A stretch of DNA of 64,000 nucleotides from Glaucostegus cemiculus (taxonomy: Eukaryota): contig CDPCPM010000247.1 of the NCBI GenBank assembly GCA_976551045.1, positions 1,426,001-1,490,000 on the forward strand, read 5' to 3'. Below are positions 1 to 12,599 of this stretch, one piece after another; positions within the stretch are counted from its first letter, which is position 1, and each line of letters starts with the position of its first letter. A model generated the notes under the pieces. It was not told the DNA's origin. It made no database searches and saw nothing but the letters and a program-made list of their open reading frames with translations. The translations under genes and the position numbers were made by a program.

Positions 1-1924
1 TGCAACAGTAACAAGTGCCCCTTTCTCATTTGTTCGTATGCACTGAATACAGGCAATTGTGTTAAAACTCATCACTGCACATTACATTGTGACTAAATAA
101 CCCCAGATCACAAGATGAGAAAGGCCTTTTGGCCAATACTAATTCATCCATCTAGAGAGGCACTGTTTCCCACCAACACCCAAACAACTGTAATCTCCAA
201 TTCTTTCTGAATGGGTAAAGATTTTTAATTTCCAGGTCTTCCTCTGGAAATTTGCATTCAGTGGGTGGTTTGCAGCAGTTTAATTCAGAGCTTTCTCTCC
301 CAAATGACCCCCCGCCCCACCCCCTCCAAAGACCAGCTGCTGCGAGTTCTGGAGTTACTAAGGCCCAAGGTGCTAAGGTTTTCCGCAGTCAAAGACTTTG
401 TTGGGCTTCGTAACACAAGGGTGGGGAGAGGTCAGGGCATCAGTTGTAGAGGGATCATGATTTTGAGAGGCTGGTTGTTTTGCCATTGTTGGGGTGTGGG
501 CTAAGCATGGGGGACAGGGAAGGTTGTGATTGGTTGCTGAAAGAGGGAGCTGGGGTGGAGGTAGTGTGTGGGTTGGTGGATGAGGGTTGAGCTTGTCATC
601 AGAGTGATGGGGAGGGATGAGGGGCAGATGTGGAATTCGGGCACCGAAAGAGAGCAGTCGGGAAACATTGGTATTTATATTTAGGAAGACTACCAGAATT
701 TGGGCATTTACTGAAATGGTGTCCAGGCTTGAATTATATTTGTTGAATGTCACAGAATATGTCCAAGTACTTTGCATGGAATATGACCAAGCATCAAACA
801 TATGTCCTGGAAGGAAAACTGCAGGTTTTAATGAGTGCATTAAGTTCCCATTTTTTTTTCTTTGAGCTGTTTATTATGTTGCTGCCCGAGACAGATTGAG
901 CCAAGAAATTCTTTCTTCATTACTTAAATCACTGACACTTGGAATTGAGCCAAATGGTTCTTCTGTGCCTCTGTTTCTTAAGTCTTTCTAATCTCTTGGT
1001 ACTCTAATTTGGAGATAGTATTTAAGTATAGCCTAAGCACATTGATATTGCCTAGAAGTTATAGTGTGCCATAATTGATGAGATATTTGGTCAGTGTGTG
1101 CTATGTAGGGCTGTCACTGTAAATCTTAGTAACACTTGAGGCCACAGATTCCAGTATTGTTGAGCAGACTTTGTATCCCAGGACTAAGGCTGGGTATAAG
1201 GGAAGGGAAAAGAGGGCTGTATTGGATACATTTGAGGCTGGTGGGTGGGCAGGGGGTGTGGTGGTTTGGTGGTATGGGTTGAATGAATCAGCTAACTGAC
1301 TGGAGAAATGGGTGGTTGATCTGTTGTGGACAATCAGGTTATGTGGGTGGTAGTAGCTCTGATTGGATTCAGGGCACTGGCAGTTGGGTGGTCTGGAGAT
1401 TAGGACCTCCAAGGGTTTATAAAGTGAGCAGGGGGAAATCAGTCGGAATGGGTGATGTAGTCGGGAGGGGGTTGGAGAATTGAAGGGAAGGTGGGTCAAT
1501 AACAGTGTGGCAGGGACACAAAGGATAGATGGTAAGTATGGGATTTTGTACTGTCCTAGTCCAGTACTGAGTAACAAAGATCTACGTTCTGAGAATTCCC
1601 GATGATGGTCAGTTCTGTCACAACATGGACTAATTTGCTTGACAACAGATGCACTACAGAAGAAGTGTGTCTGATGTGGCAATTGCCATCATTTTGACTC
1701 ACCTTCCACTTCACCCATTTGGGGCAGTAGGAAGTCACGCATGTAAATTTCCAGGAGAGAAGCAAAAAATGCGAGAGTGGCTGCTGGAATAGAGAGATTG
1801 AAGCTCCTGTCCCACTAAAGAGGAGAGGAATCTGAGTTGAGGGAAAAGGAAAGCTTAATGGCATTTCCAGTTTGAAAAGTGACATCAGTGGAGTAGCTGT
1901 GTCAGAATAATACCAAGGATTCCC

Positions 1925-2160
1925 TGTTCTTTTTGTTTTTGCTCCACTGGTAGCTAACAGGCACCTTGCCTATGTGTGTTTCATTCCCCATACATCTACT
2001 CCCACCTCCTTCCTAGAATTACAATAGGTTTCTGTTTACCCTCCTGCCTCCACATTTAATGAAACATCCTCTGCCATCTCCAGTGTAATGTTGCCACCAG
2101 TTACGTCTACCATGCCCCTTCTCTTGCTGCATTCTGATGGTCCACTCCTCAATGCTCCAA
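1925..2160 (+). mobile_element. Degenerate Penelope-like retroelement fragment (RT C-terminus/linker region)
   Basis: cctgcctccacatttaatgaaacatcctctgccatctccagtgtaatgttgccaccag resembles the recalled elasmobranch PLE segment ...SLHIQRIILRHF.HLQ.D.TT.HIF...; frameshifted. Confidence 0.5.
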
Positions 2161-2169
2161 TATAATATA

Positions 2170-2320
2170 TACTATGTATTCTGCCAAGTGTGTATGTGTC
2201 TCTGTTGGTTGTTATGTCATTTTTTTGTATGGGACGAGCACCTGAGGAGGACGGTATATCGCTCCTCTGCATACTTTGTATGTATGTGGTTGTGACAATA
2301 AAACTGATTCTGATTCTGAA
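2170..2320 (+). mobile_element. 3' end of a LINE with a short-repeat tail
   Basis: Ends gacAATAAAactgattctgattctga, i.e. a poly(A) signal followed by (CTGATT)n. Confidence 0.5.
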
Positions 2321-2455
2321 TATGCCAACTGATGACACATTCCCTTTGAAGAGTACTGAATGTGTGGAGGTGATTACAGCTGGTGGTCAATACTCTTGTG
2401 AGAGTTTAGTGCTAATGACAAAACTCTCACAAGTGAATTTCCCAACCCTTTTCTC

Positions 2456-2562
2456 AGTTCTAATGCGAGGTCACCAAGCTGAAAGGTGAACTTTGTTTCC
2501 TTCTCTGCAGATGATGCCTGATCTACTAAGTATTTCAAGTATGTTTTGTTATTCCAATCTGC
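2456..2562 (+). mobile_element. Penelope-derived short repeat with a degenerate hammerhead core (copy 1)
   Basis: agttCTAATGC GAGGTCACCAAGCT GAAAGGTGaact followed by the ...cagatgatgcctgatctactaagtatttc body shared with other copies. Confidence 0.6.
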
Positions 2563-3309
2563 ATACCAGCTGGAACATTACACTGGAGAAGAGGCATAGG
2601 GAATTGTTACTGGTTTGGATTTACATCTTTAAATCTGAACAAAAATCTATGCTGCTGATCTGACTTGTGTTGCACCTGGACTAGAAATGACTTGGGGGTG
2701 GTGTAGTGAGATCTTTGATCAGGACATGCATACCATCATTCACTTGGAGGTATTAAGAGGGCAAATGCTAAGTAACTTTATTCTGCAGGCTAGAAAAAAA
2801 TGGCAAAAAAGCAGTGCATGCTTGAAAAATTGCATTAATGTACAGTGAAGCAATTTTACTCATCTTTCTGTGCATCTTAATGCCAATCACTACAACAATA
2901 TGCTGAGTTTTGGGTGAAAATTTTGTTTACTGGCAGTGTTTCTCCATTGTCAAACTTGTCTAAATGATGACAGTTGTGCAACACAACGGCCAGATTAGTT
3001 TGAAAAATAACACTCATTGTTTACACACTGAAGAATCTGCTACTATTAACAATTAATTCTCAAAACGTTTAAAGAGCTATTTGTATCACTCATACACCAG
3101 CATGTCTGACTGCTGTGCGTCACTCTACACATGTGTGCCTTACTCTGCTCGCACCGCACTCTTCTCACACTGAACACTGACTCTTTCTTGTCTCCTCTAC
3201 TTTGCTGTGATCAAAGCCAACTCTTTATGGCTAGACCTAATACTCCCTTCATGGAGGACCTAAGCAAGCAAATACTTCCCAGAGACACAGACACCCATGG
3301 GAGCCACAT

Positions 3310-4100
3310 TGTAGGAGGTATACAGTGGAGCAACATCGTAATTGCCAGACTTCAGGGAGCCATCAGAGGAGCAGTGTCTACACAGTTTACGTTTGCACAC
3401 TGAAGTCCTCGCTCGCTTCCATGGCCACCAGAAAGTCCAAGCTCACTGTCAAACTCCTCTCAGTCTCAGTGCAGGATCATTCCAGCTTGAGCAGCCAGTG
3501 TATGCCACGTATCACTGTTTGTTGCCTGCTGTTACTTTTGGGCTATTGTTGATGCTCCTTGGCTTTAATACCAGACTTCATATATTTCTCCATCAGCTCA
3601 CAGAAGCAGACAGACTAGGCACAGGTATTTGATGCGATTGCAGGCTGCCCCAAATTGTATGCTCTTGTAGAGTGCACTGGTGTGGCCAGCACCTCTCCCA
3701 TTCTCAGCACACAACTATCCATTTACAGAAAGACGTGAAGCTCTTGCAACATGCACTTGGCAGTAAGGGATGAGAGGATCTTTATCAATTTTAGGTTTGT
3801 TGTTAGCTCACCTAGCACGTTCTTGATCAGTTGCAGCTGCCCCTCTTCTTTCGGAGACCTACTGGCCTGAAGGATGTATTTTGGAGGATAAGGACTAGCC
3901 CTTGATCCTCCATTCATAGTTCCAAGTGCACCAGGAGGATAATTCAACAATTATCACCATGTCACTATCGGGAACTCGGTGGACTTCACAATAAGACTTT
4001 TCAAAGTAACGTTCTGCTGGTAGTGCTCTGCAAGTATTCAGCAGCCAGGCTGTCATTCTTTACATTGCACAATCTGACCATCAGACAAACCTGGTTAGTG
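3310..4100 (+). mobile_element. PIF/Harbinger DDE transposase pseudogene
   Basis: Collinear peptides SEEQCLHSLRL, SAGSFQ, FDAIAGCPKLYALVECTGVA, EGCILEDKD*PL, TIRLFKVTFC and YSAARLSFFTLHNL follow the HARBI1-like motif order; stops and frameshifts. Confidence 0.8.
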
Positions 4101-5427
4101 TCTGACAAGGTTAAGCAAAGGAGGTGGAATAGCAGACTGGCAACGTACACCAGGGTGAATACAGGGAGCTTCAGCAATAGGACCATGATGAAGGTCCGAA
4201 ACCACTCAGCCCATCAGCCCATTTCCTCATCAATGGGAGCTCCACGCTAGATTTTCTAGAAGATAACATCTTTCTGTACTTGCCAGGGGCAGCATTTAAT
4301 TCTGGAAATATTCTTTCAAGCCTCACAATAAGCACACTTCCTGCACACTCGTTCTGAAGACACGTTAACACATTTGCAGAGTCACTTAGGCCACCACATC
4401 ATCAAAACAATAGTTGCTATAATCAGTTACTTTTGCTTTTACAATGTGGCCGTACTGCAATTAACAATGACTTCCAGGAAGTTACTGGTTTAAAAAGTGC
4501 ACAGACATTCCCTCCCATAAGCAACAGGCTGAGCTCCTAATTCTCCGTTTCAGCCTTACATTGCAACAGAACTTGCTCAGAAACAAACAGGTAATTAAGT
4601 AAGTGCAGTTGTCGTCATTGTGAAACTTGGGAAAATATTTGCTATTCCTCATTGTCCATGTACTGACTTGATTTTCAAGCCTAGTACCTTCTGCACCTTG
4701 AATTAATTTTGGAGACTGAATGTCTTAATGATTTCCTTCCACTTACAAACCTTAAATCCACATTGCAAGACCCACTTAAGAACACTTGTAGTCAAGTGTA
4801 CTTTTAGATTGGAATAGTGTAGCCAGGCTACTCTGAGGTCAGAAGGGCACAATTTGCAGCTGATGCCTCTGCATACAGTTGTTTTACTTGATCAAGGAAT
4901 GCATTCATCATCCCTCCCTTTGGTCTCTAATGATGTCATCCATTTGATTATATCAGTCTGTATAATTACAGATCTGACATCATGATTTGTCAGTCACACT
5001 TGGGTCTTACTGATCCCATGATGTCTTTGTAACAGAAACGGTGATAGAGCTGTGGAATGAGGCTCTTGGGTCAGACATATCTATCTCTGCCTTTTTATTG
5101 AGATACTCCTCCCAACACTGACTTTTGAATGGCCAAGAGTTTTTGAACAGCGAGTGTGTTATTATGTAGTTGTAATAAAGAGCTACAGTTCCCAGAAGGC
5201 AATGCAAGGGGTCACATGGGGAACAGGAAGTGGCTGTAAAAAGAGAGGGAAAGCAAGCCACTCTGGTGTGTTGGTTAATAAATGTTCAGATGTTAAACCC
5301 AGGTGAAGTTTGTCTCTTGATGAAGAATGATCACAACAGCAAGGGATAATGATCGGCAACTTGCAGCTACACTTGCATCTGATGTCAGCGGTCAATCACT
5401 GGCTCTCTTCAATAGAATTTTACTCAG

Positions 5428-5661
5428 TATAGAACATTGAACATAGAACAGTACAGCACAGTATCGGCCCACAATGTTGTGCCAACCTATGTAAACTTAC
5501 TCTATAATCAATCTAATCCTTCCTACACAGTCCATAACCCTCCATTTTTCTTACATCCATGTGCCCATCTAAGAGTCTCTTAAATGTCCCTGTTGTATCA
5601 GCCTCTGCCACCACCCCAGGCAGTGCGTTCCAGGCACCCACCACTCTCTGTGTCAAAAAAA
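5428..5661 (-). mobile_element. CR1 LINE 3' end, 5'-truncated
   Basis: aacatagaacagtacagcacag tail; same subfamily as the copies at 17717 and 35366. Confidence 0.85.
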
Positions 5662-5879
5662 ATAGGAATGAGGAATGATGCTAGTTCATTCCTTGTGAAG
5701 GTTACATGAGGAATGAACTAGCATCTCACAAGAATGGGAGTTACACTATTGCTGCATGTGGCATTAAAGGGTGCAACTTGGATCCATTTACAGAGGCACT
5801 TATCCTATGCTTTGAAGTAACAGTTGCACAAACACTCAATGCTGTTTGGCTGACTTACCTTGGTTAGGCTGTTGTTTGT

Positions 5880-6732
5880 CATATATAAAAAACCTGCATG
5901 ATAATGTAGGTAGATGGATTAGTAAGTTTGCTGAAAACACAAAAATCGGTGGAGTAGTAGATAGTAAAGTAGGTTGTGAAAGAATACATAGGGACATAGA
6001 TCAGTTGGAAAGTTGGGCAGAGCGGTGGCAGGTGGAATTTAATCCAGATAAGTGTGAATTAATGCATCTTAGGATGTCAAATACTAACAGGACATAGAGT
6101 AAATGGCAGGTACCCCAGGAGCGTTAGTGTACAGAGGCACCTTGGGGTGCAAGTCCATAATTCCCTGAAAATGGTGACATAGTTGATAGGGTAGTGAAGA
6201 AGGCATTCACCATGCTTGCATTCTTAGGGATTTGTGGTGTCATGTTGCAGCTGTACAAAACATTGGTCGGTGAGCACTTGGAGTGTTGTGTATAGTTCTG
6301 GTCACCACACTGCAGGAAGGATGTGTTAGCATTAGAAAGAGTGCAGGAGGGATTCACCAGGATGTTGCCCGGACTGGGGGGCTTTACTTAAAAGGAGATA
6401 ATTGGATAGGCTGGATTTATTCTCACTGGAAGGTAGGAGATCAAAGGTTGACATTGAGGTTTATAGAATTATGAGGGGCAGAGAGGGGAGAAATTTAAAG
6501 GAGATCTGAGAGGTAAGTTTTTCACACACAGGGTGGTGGTTAGGTGGAATGAGCTACCTGAGGAAGTGGAGAGACAGGTAAAATTAGTGTTCAAAAGACA
6601 TTTGAACTGAAAAGGAGCAGAGGGATACCAGCCTAATGTGGGCAAGTGGGATTAGCATAAACAGGTGTCGTGGAAGGATAGACAAGTTGAGCTGAAGGGC
6701 CCATTTCTGTAGTGTACAGCCCTATGACTATA
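5880..6732 (+). mobile_element. CR1 LINE ORF2 3' fragment (RT C-terminus and 3' UTR)
   Basis: ISKFAENTKIGGVVDS...QLESWAERWQVEFNPDKCE; tail gaagggcccatttctgtagtgtacagccctatga. Confidence 0.9.
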
Positions 6733-6959
6733 AGGGTAAGGAGCAGAGAGATTAAAGAATGAGCAGAATCGATGATTGGTTAGGTTAAACTCAGCATAAG
6801 TTGCACAACTGGATTGACAACTTTAATAGAACAACAAGAACAACATATCGTTGTAAAGAAAAGTTATTGAAACAATGAATCAAAATCTACTCCGTATATG
6901 TAACCTTGGAGACCTCTCTACCATGCCTATGTGTCCTTCACGCCTTCCCCCCGCCCCCC

Positions 6960-7870
6960 AACCCTCCAGTCCTGTGGCTGCTGCCCAGCTCTGAGATATG
7001 GAATATCCATGATATGCTTTTGACATTGATGGGCCTCCTCTTCTGGACTGCAAGGTACCAGCTAGTGTGCATATAGTCTAGGGAAATGGGATTGAGTCCA
7101 CCTCATTTTGAGGTTACCAAACTGAAAGATTGACATCATGGCCTCTACACCTGCCAAGGCCAGTGAATGAAATCTGGATCAAGGCTCTTTGAGCCCTGTG
7201 GTAGCACCCGTGTCTTTCACTACCTGGGGCAATCTGCTGCTGATTGAGGGTTAGCAGAGCTCTGGAGGGCTAGAACTGTGCCTCAACCCCAGATGCACAC
7301 GCCATTGTCTGCCCACTTTCATGAAAGTGTGCATACTGAGACTTCCATCTTCTCCAAAGCTGCCATGTTTCCTAAGCATTGCCATTGCCTGACCTAACAG
7401 ACAGAAACACTATCAGGTGGAAGTGAGGTTCTCCTGGCTCTGCGCCACACGGACAGCCCCTGCTTCTTGCCTCATGGAGCCACGCACTGCTCCAAGCTCT
7501 TGGAGTGCAAGAGCCTTCTACTAAATTCCTCTCTACTGGGGCTCGTCTGAGTCAGTGCCACCAACTGGACTTGGCGCCCGTGAGGCCGAGACTGTGGCCC
7601 CCTTCCCCTCCTGTACCAAGTGTCTCTGCCCATGAAAAGCTGCAGTGTCAGTATCTGGCCACGTGAGAACAGGGACTCCGGCTCGATGCAGTGCAGCAGC
7701 CAGTACCAGCATCTCCTGTTCTGTGGTTGCTGTGAGGGCACCCCTGGGTGGCAAACTGTGGCACAGGGCTCCCTTCCCTGCCTGTTTGAGGGCAGCCAAT
7801 AGTGCTGCAGGTGATGCAGCTGTCTCACAGCTCTAACAACTGATCTCTGCTGCTGTCTGTGTACAATTTG
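6960..7870 (-). mobile_element. GC-rich degenerate coding-like segment, possibly the second (Myb/SANT-associated) ORF of a Harbinger element
   Basis: Composition differs from the flanks; fragments such as NMAALEKMEVSVCTLS; convergent with the 3310-4100 transposase. No Myb motif recognised. Confidence 0.3.
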
Positions 7871-7999
7871 CAGGTTCCCTTGGAGATCATGGGTTTTTTT
7901 TCCCCAGGTTGGTCATTAGCATAGAAATAGGTCATTCAGCACACCACTGTCCATGCTGACCTTTCTGGCCATATACACTAATCCCATATACCTTTGTGG

Positions 8000-8232
8000 T
8001 TGCTTGTGCCACGTGGTCCCACTTTCCTGCTTGTGCTTTGATTTCCTTCCAAAGGAATACTGCTTGTTGGGTAAATTGGCTACTGTAGAGTAACTGTAGT
8101 TTAGATGATCGGCAGTAGAATTGGAGGGGTTGTTAATGGGCATGTGCAAGAGAATAGGTTGTAGGGAAATAAGGGGGGAAATGAGATTATTCTGAGAGCT
8201 GGCCTAGCCTCGATGGACCAAATGGCCTCTTA
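8000..8232 (+). mobile_element. V-SINE (HE1-like) body with CR1-type tail; abuts an antisense CR1 tail at about 7910-7990
   Basis: gtaaattggctactgta V-domain-like core; ends ctcgatggaccaaatggcctc. Confidence 0.6.
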
Positions 8233-8671
8233 TTGCAAAAAAATTTGCAAGTTATAGCTAATCATCAAGCATGTCTAATAATTGCAATGAGAACTTGCAG
8301 TGTACTGCAGCCCAGTTTGCAAATATTGAACACTGGACATGTTTCCAAGGGAAAAGTCTTCAATGAAGGCTGAAATTGCCCACGATCATCTTTGAGACAT
8401 AAAGATGTGTGTTGATGTAAGATTCAGGAATATAGTTGTATTCCCTTGACAGGATGAGTTGAATCATGAAGAATGTGATGATAAGTGAACTTATTGCAAT
8501 GCTATGATGTCTGCTTGTCCAAGTGCATCTCATTTCCATTACATGGCGGAGACCAACAACCCTTTAAAATTAGGCTGTGCAACACCACAATCTTTTAGTG
8601 CTTTAAAAATGTACTAGGAAGAGACATTGTGCCTTTGTAAAGCCACAAAATAGTGCAGACAAATCTGATGC

Positions 8672-8793
8672 AGTTCTGATTCAGAATTTCAACTTGAAAC
8701 TTCAACAATTCCTTTCCCTCCACAGATGCTGCTCGACTTGCTGGTTTCCTCCAGCAGATTGTTTGCAGCTCCAGATTTCAGCATCTGCAGTCT
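8672..8793 (+). mobile_element. Penelope-derived short repeat with a degenerate hammerhead core (copy 2)
   Basis: agttCTGATTC AGAATTTCAACTT GAAACTTCaac...tccacagatgctgctcgacttgctg...cagcatctgcag. Confidence 0.65.
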
Positions 8794-10587
8794 CCAGACA
8801 AACCTCTCACCTTGTATCTCTGACTATTGCAGTTCTGAACCTATGAGTGTAAAGTGATTGTAACCCTTCATCTAACACAGGATTGTTTCATATTGTCACC
8901 ACGTGCCAAGGGTAGGAGATGTTTATTTTTCTGGAAGTAACGACTCAGACCTCTGGTGATTTCTGATAATTCAGAACTCATTAAAGCACATCTTGAATCT
9001 TGGTTCTGAAACAGTTGACTTTGCACTAGTGCCAGAAGACAGATCTCCAATCTATGCAATACTGACTGTCTACCAAAGCAGAAAAAACGAACCTGAATAT
9101 GTAGATGGAAGTTACTAAAGTAACTGCTTTATCTTCCATCCTACTCTCCCTAAATGCAAATTTATTGAGTGTAATAGATTCAGGGAAAGAGTTTCAGAAC
9201 TCCCAATTACATGGACCATGACTGAGTCGCACGTTGGGCTATTCGTGTTGCATAGGTTGATGACTTGTTTATTATTTGTAGTGTTTGTGTATCCAGTCCC
9301 TTTTTGGATCAGTTCCAGAACTAAATTGGTTTGGATTGGAGGTGAAGTTGCCAGCAGTGGGAGTGGTGAGTAGGGTGTGGCGGGTGGGGGTGGGCAGTCT
9401 GTGGGAGAGAGACAGTTGGGCATTGAAAGTTGGATACACTGATGGCTTGAGAGGCCAAGTAAATACAAACCACGTGGAAAGCTAACAGTTTGATCAACAG
9501 TGGGAAGAAAAGCTTTCTTGGTCTGAATTACATGGTTAAGGAAGATAGTTGCACTGAAAGAGGACGGGGAGGGGGAGTGAGCTCATCATATAACCTTTGT
9601 TTAATGAAAGCTATAAGTATTACAGGGAACTTGTCTGATGAGAAGATTTGCTGGGTATTTTGAGCTCCTTTTGCACTTTCTGTTGGCACCTCACTCAAGT
9701 ACAACTTGGTGCCACAGGGAATCAAATGTGATTGTGAGCAAAAGGTTCTTCCTCACTAGAATATCCTGAATCTTCCTGTTACCTAGTTCAACAGAAGCAG
9801 GCAGATGTGAAATTGGTTATGGTGCTGAATTTTGTCCACCAAGACATCCAGACACTAAAATGCAAACAGATAATTAGAATGTACGCCTGAGGAATTGCTG
9901 TAGTTTGGTTAAAGTGAAACATATATTTTAATAAGTGTTTGGTTCTAGAATTGTGACTAGGCCCAGTCCCAACAGATGTTTATTATATAACTGGGGTCAT
10001 ATTGTCGACTCTATCTTTGTTCCCACTCCCTAAACGAATACTCGTCATGACATTAAAATGTTGCAGACTTTCTGCAAGGCAGAAAATCTGACAGAGCAGT
10101 GATGTTTGCAGACTTCTAGAAACTTTAACAGTAAGAGAAGAACTTGGCCCTCATGGATTTAATTATGTCATGAGCTGTTAGTACAGGTCTGCATATCAAT
10201 CTGCTGGCTGCAAACATTTCTGTAACATCAGTTTTGGATTCTTCAGTTGTATGTGGTGAAGTGTTTGGGTGTGCAGGAGTTAACTTCCCTACCTTTTTAA
10301 ATCACTACAGCATGTAAACCTAACCTTACACACGGGCCATTGTCCTCTGTTTCTTTCCTGTGCCTGTCTCTCTCTAGCACAAATAATGATATCCTACAGG
10401 TCACATTTTTTAATGCTGGTTTTCATGCAGCGTAGCCAGATGGCCTCTTTTGGCTCACGTGAGAGGTTTTGCTTTTGTTCCAGCGGACAATGGGTTATTC
10501 CTGGCAATGTTTAGCACTGGAGACTCTGCACACTGCCTTACTGGCCTGTTCCCTGAAGATTTACATACTACAGACAAGAATCCTGGT

Positions 10588-10621
10588 TCTCTCTCTCTCT
10601 CTTTCTCTTTCCCTCTCTCTC
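10588..10621. repeat. Imperfect (CT)n microsatellite
   Basis: tctctctctctctctttctctttccctctctctc. Confidence 0.8.
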
Positions 10622-12599
10622 CAGCTGCCTTTCTATGGGTCTGGCCTCTAGCCAAACTCCTTGAGAGTAATTTTGAGGCCTGCTTGAGTTACTTCATGCA
10701 TTTACATCATCCCCTAGGGAGTGAGACTGCCTAACTAAAAGCAAGAGAGTTAATCAGCTGGAGAAGTGTGCATTCCTAAACTTGTGGTGGGGCAGGAATT
10801 TCTCATCTCTCAAGATTCTCCTCAGCTACGTCCTGATTCCCCCTCGTAACATCTGAAATGTCTTCACTGCAAACACGAACTTTAAGATTAACCTTTTATT
10901 TGCCCCTTTTGGCGTGCCAAAGTTTTCACTGAGTTTTTGTCACGTGCTCTGCTAATCCTCTAATGTAAAGAGCTGAGGTGCCACCTATTACTTAGGTGAT
11001 GAAAACTACACTGAGTTGTTGATCAAGTTTGGTGAAGTAAAAGAAAATGAGAACAAGGAAACAACTGATGTTAGAAATCTGAGATGAAAACATGCTAAGC
11101 ATTGATCGAAGGAAGAAAATAATGTAGTTAATGCTTTAATTAATTGACTACATCGGAACTGTTCTGATGAAATTTTCAATCCATCTTTCTCTCTGTGACC
11201 TACCATGTACAGATGATTTTTCTTTTAAGAGTGATCTGAATATGACTGCAACATATGCTTGCAATATAAAGGGGTGTCACTGGCTCAGTGCTGTATTAAG
11301 TTTTGGGGCAGAAACATCGAAGTTCCTCACTTGCAGCGGAATAGCTATCGCTGCGCTCTGGCTTTGTCCAGGGCTGCTGTAGAGTGTGTGATCTTTTATA
11401 ACACTGCACTTTTCCGTTCACCCTTTTTGGTTGAGTCTGAGGAATGGTTATAGAGTTGTTCCCAATGATGTCATAGCACAGTGATCCTGTTGAATGAGAT
11501 AAGGTTATTGGCTCCAGCCTCTACTCCCCACTCTGTATTTAGCTAGAAGATGATTACTTAAAATGCCAGCATTCCACATTTGTTCTCTCAGATGAAAATA
11601 TGGATTTTCTGGGTGGGAAATGCATGCTCAGTATGTTCCAAGCGGATTGCCCCAGTGACCTTTCCAATGGGATGGTTGGGGTGGATAGGGCAGCAACTGT
11701 TTGAAGTTCCCATTGCAAAACTCAGCTTCCCTGAATGCAGCTGGATCCAGCCCGACTGTACTCAGGGGAAATAAACTGCATTCAACCAAACCAACATTAC
11801 TCAAAGGGACTGCAGAGGCCTCCGTCAAAAAAGTTTTATTTAAAACAAAAAGCTGGCTGGGAAGTGGAAATGGGGGATGCAGGAGAGTCATGCCCAACCC
11901 AATTTTCAGCATAACCTTGGTGGGCTCCTTGCTTCCACCCCAGTGCCGGGGGTTACCTGGGTAACTGCATCTGTAACCATAGATTCAAAACTGAAATCTT
12001 TTCTGACAGTATGTGAAAATAATGCTTAGTGCTCGAATGTTATTAGCCAGACCATGCCTGTGAATGCTCATCAATTCCTATTGGAGAAAACAGCTCCAAG
12101 CTGATTTTGATGCATTTCTGAGGGGAAAATGCATTGCTATAAGTGTAATCTTTCTGATCAGATGTTCAACATGAACACATAGGTAGCAATGATATAATGA
12201 TTCCTTGAAAAAGCATAACTTTTTTGATATTGTAGCTAATAATCCTTTCCCACTACCGGTAAAAACTTATTAAATGCATCATTTTTTGTGTGGGATCTTT
12301 CTGGATACACAATAGTGCTGTGTTTGTTCATGTAATAACAGATGGTTATTTCTTGCATGTATCCTACCTTGGGATACTTCCTAGGAAAAATCCCACGTGC
12401 TAGGTTGGGATGGCCCAGGGAAATGAATGCTGAGATTCGAGGCGAAGCGGTCTTGGTTGAAATGCGGAGAGGCCCTCTCTCATATTGCTGAAGAGACTCC
12501 TTGGGTAGTAGATTGTTGAGCAGCAGTGGGGGGAGGTACAAAAGGAAGGGAACACAAGTAGGGGATCCCTGTGACTTGGACACAGTGACACAAGAAGAG

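Noticed and set aside
265-1885. ORFs of 66-193 aa in G-rich sequence
   Set aside because: Low-complexity, decayed-repeat-like DNA with no recognisable domains or exon structure.
11265-11430. TATAAAG followed by a few CpGs as the DENND2A promoter
   Set aside because: No convincing downstream splice donor and no CpG island; TATA-like words are common here.
11465-11560. Box C-like ATGATG as a snoRNA
   Set aside because: No well-placed box D (CTGA) or terminal stem.
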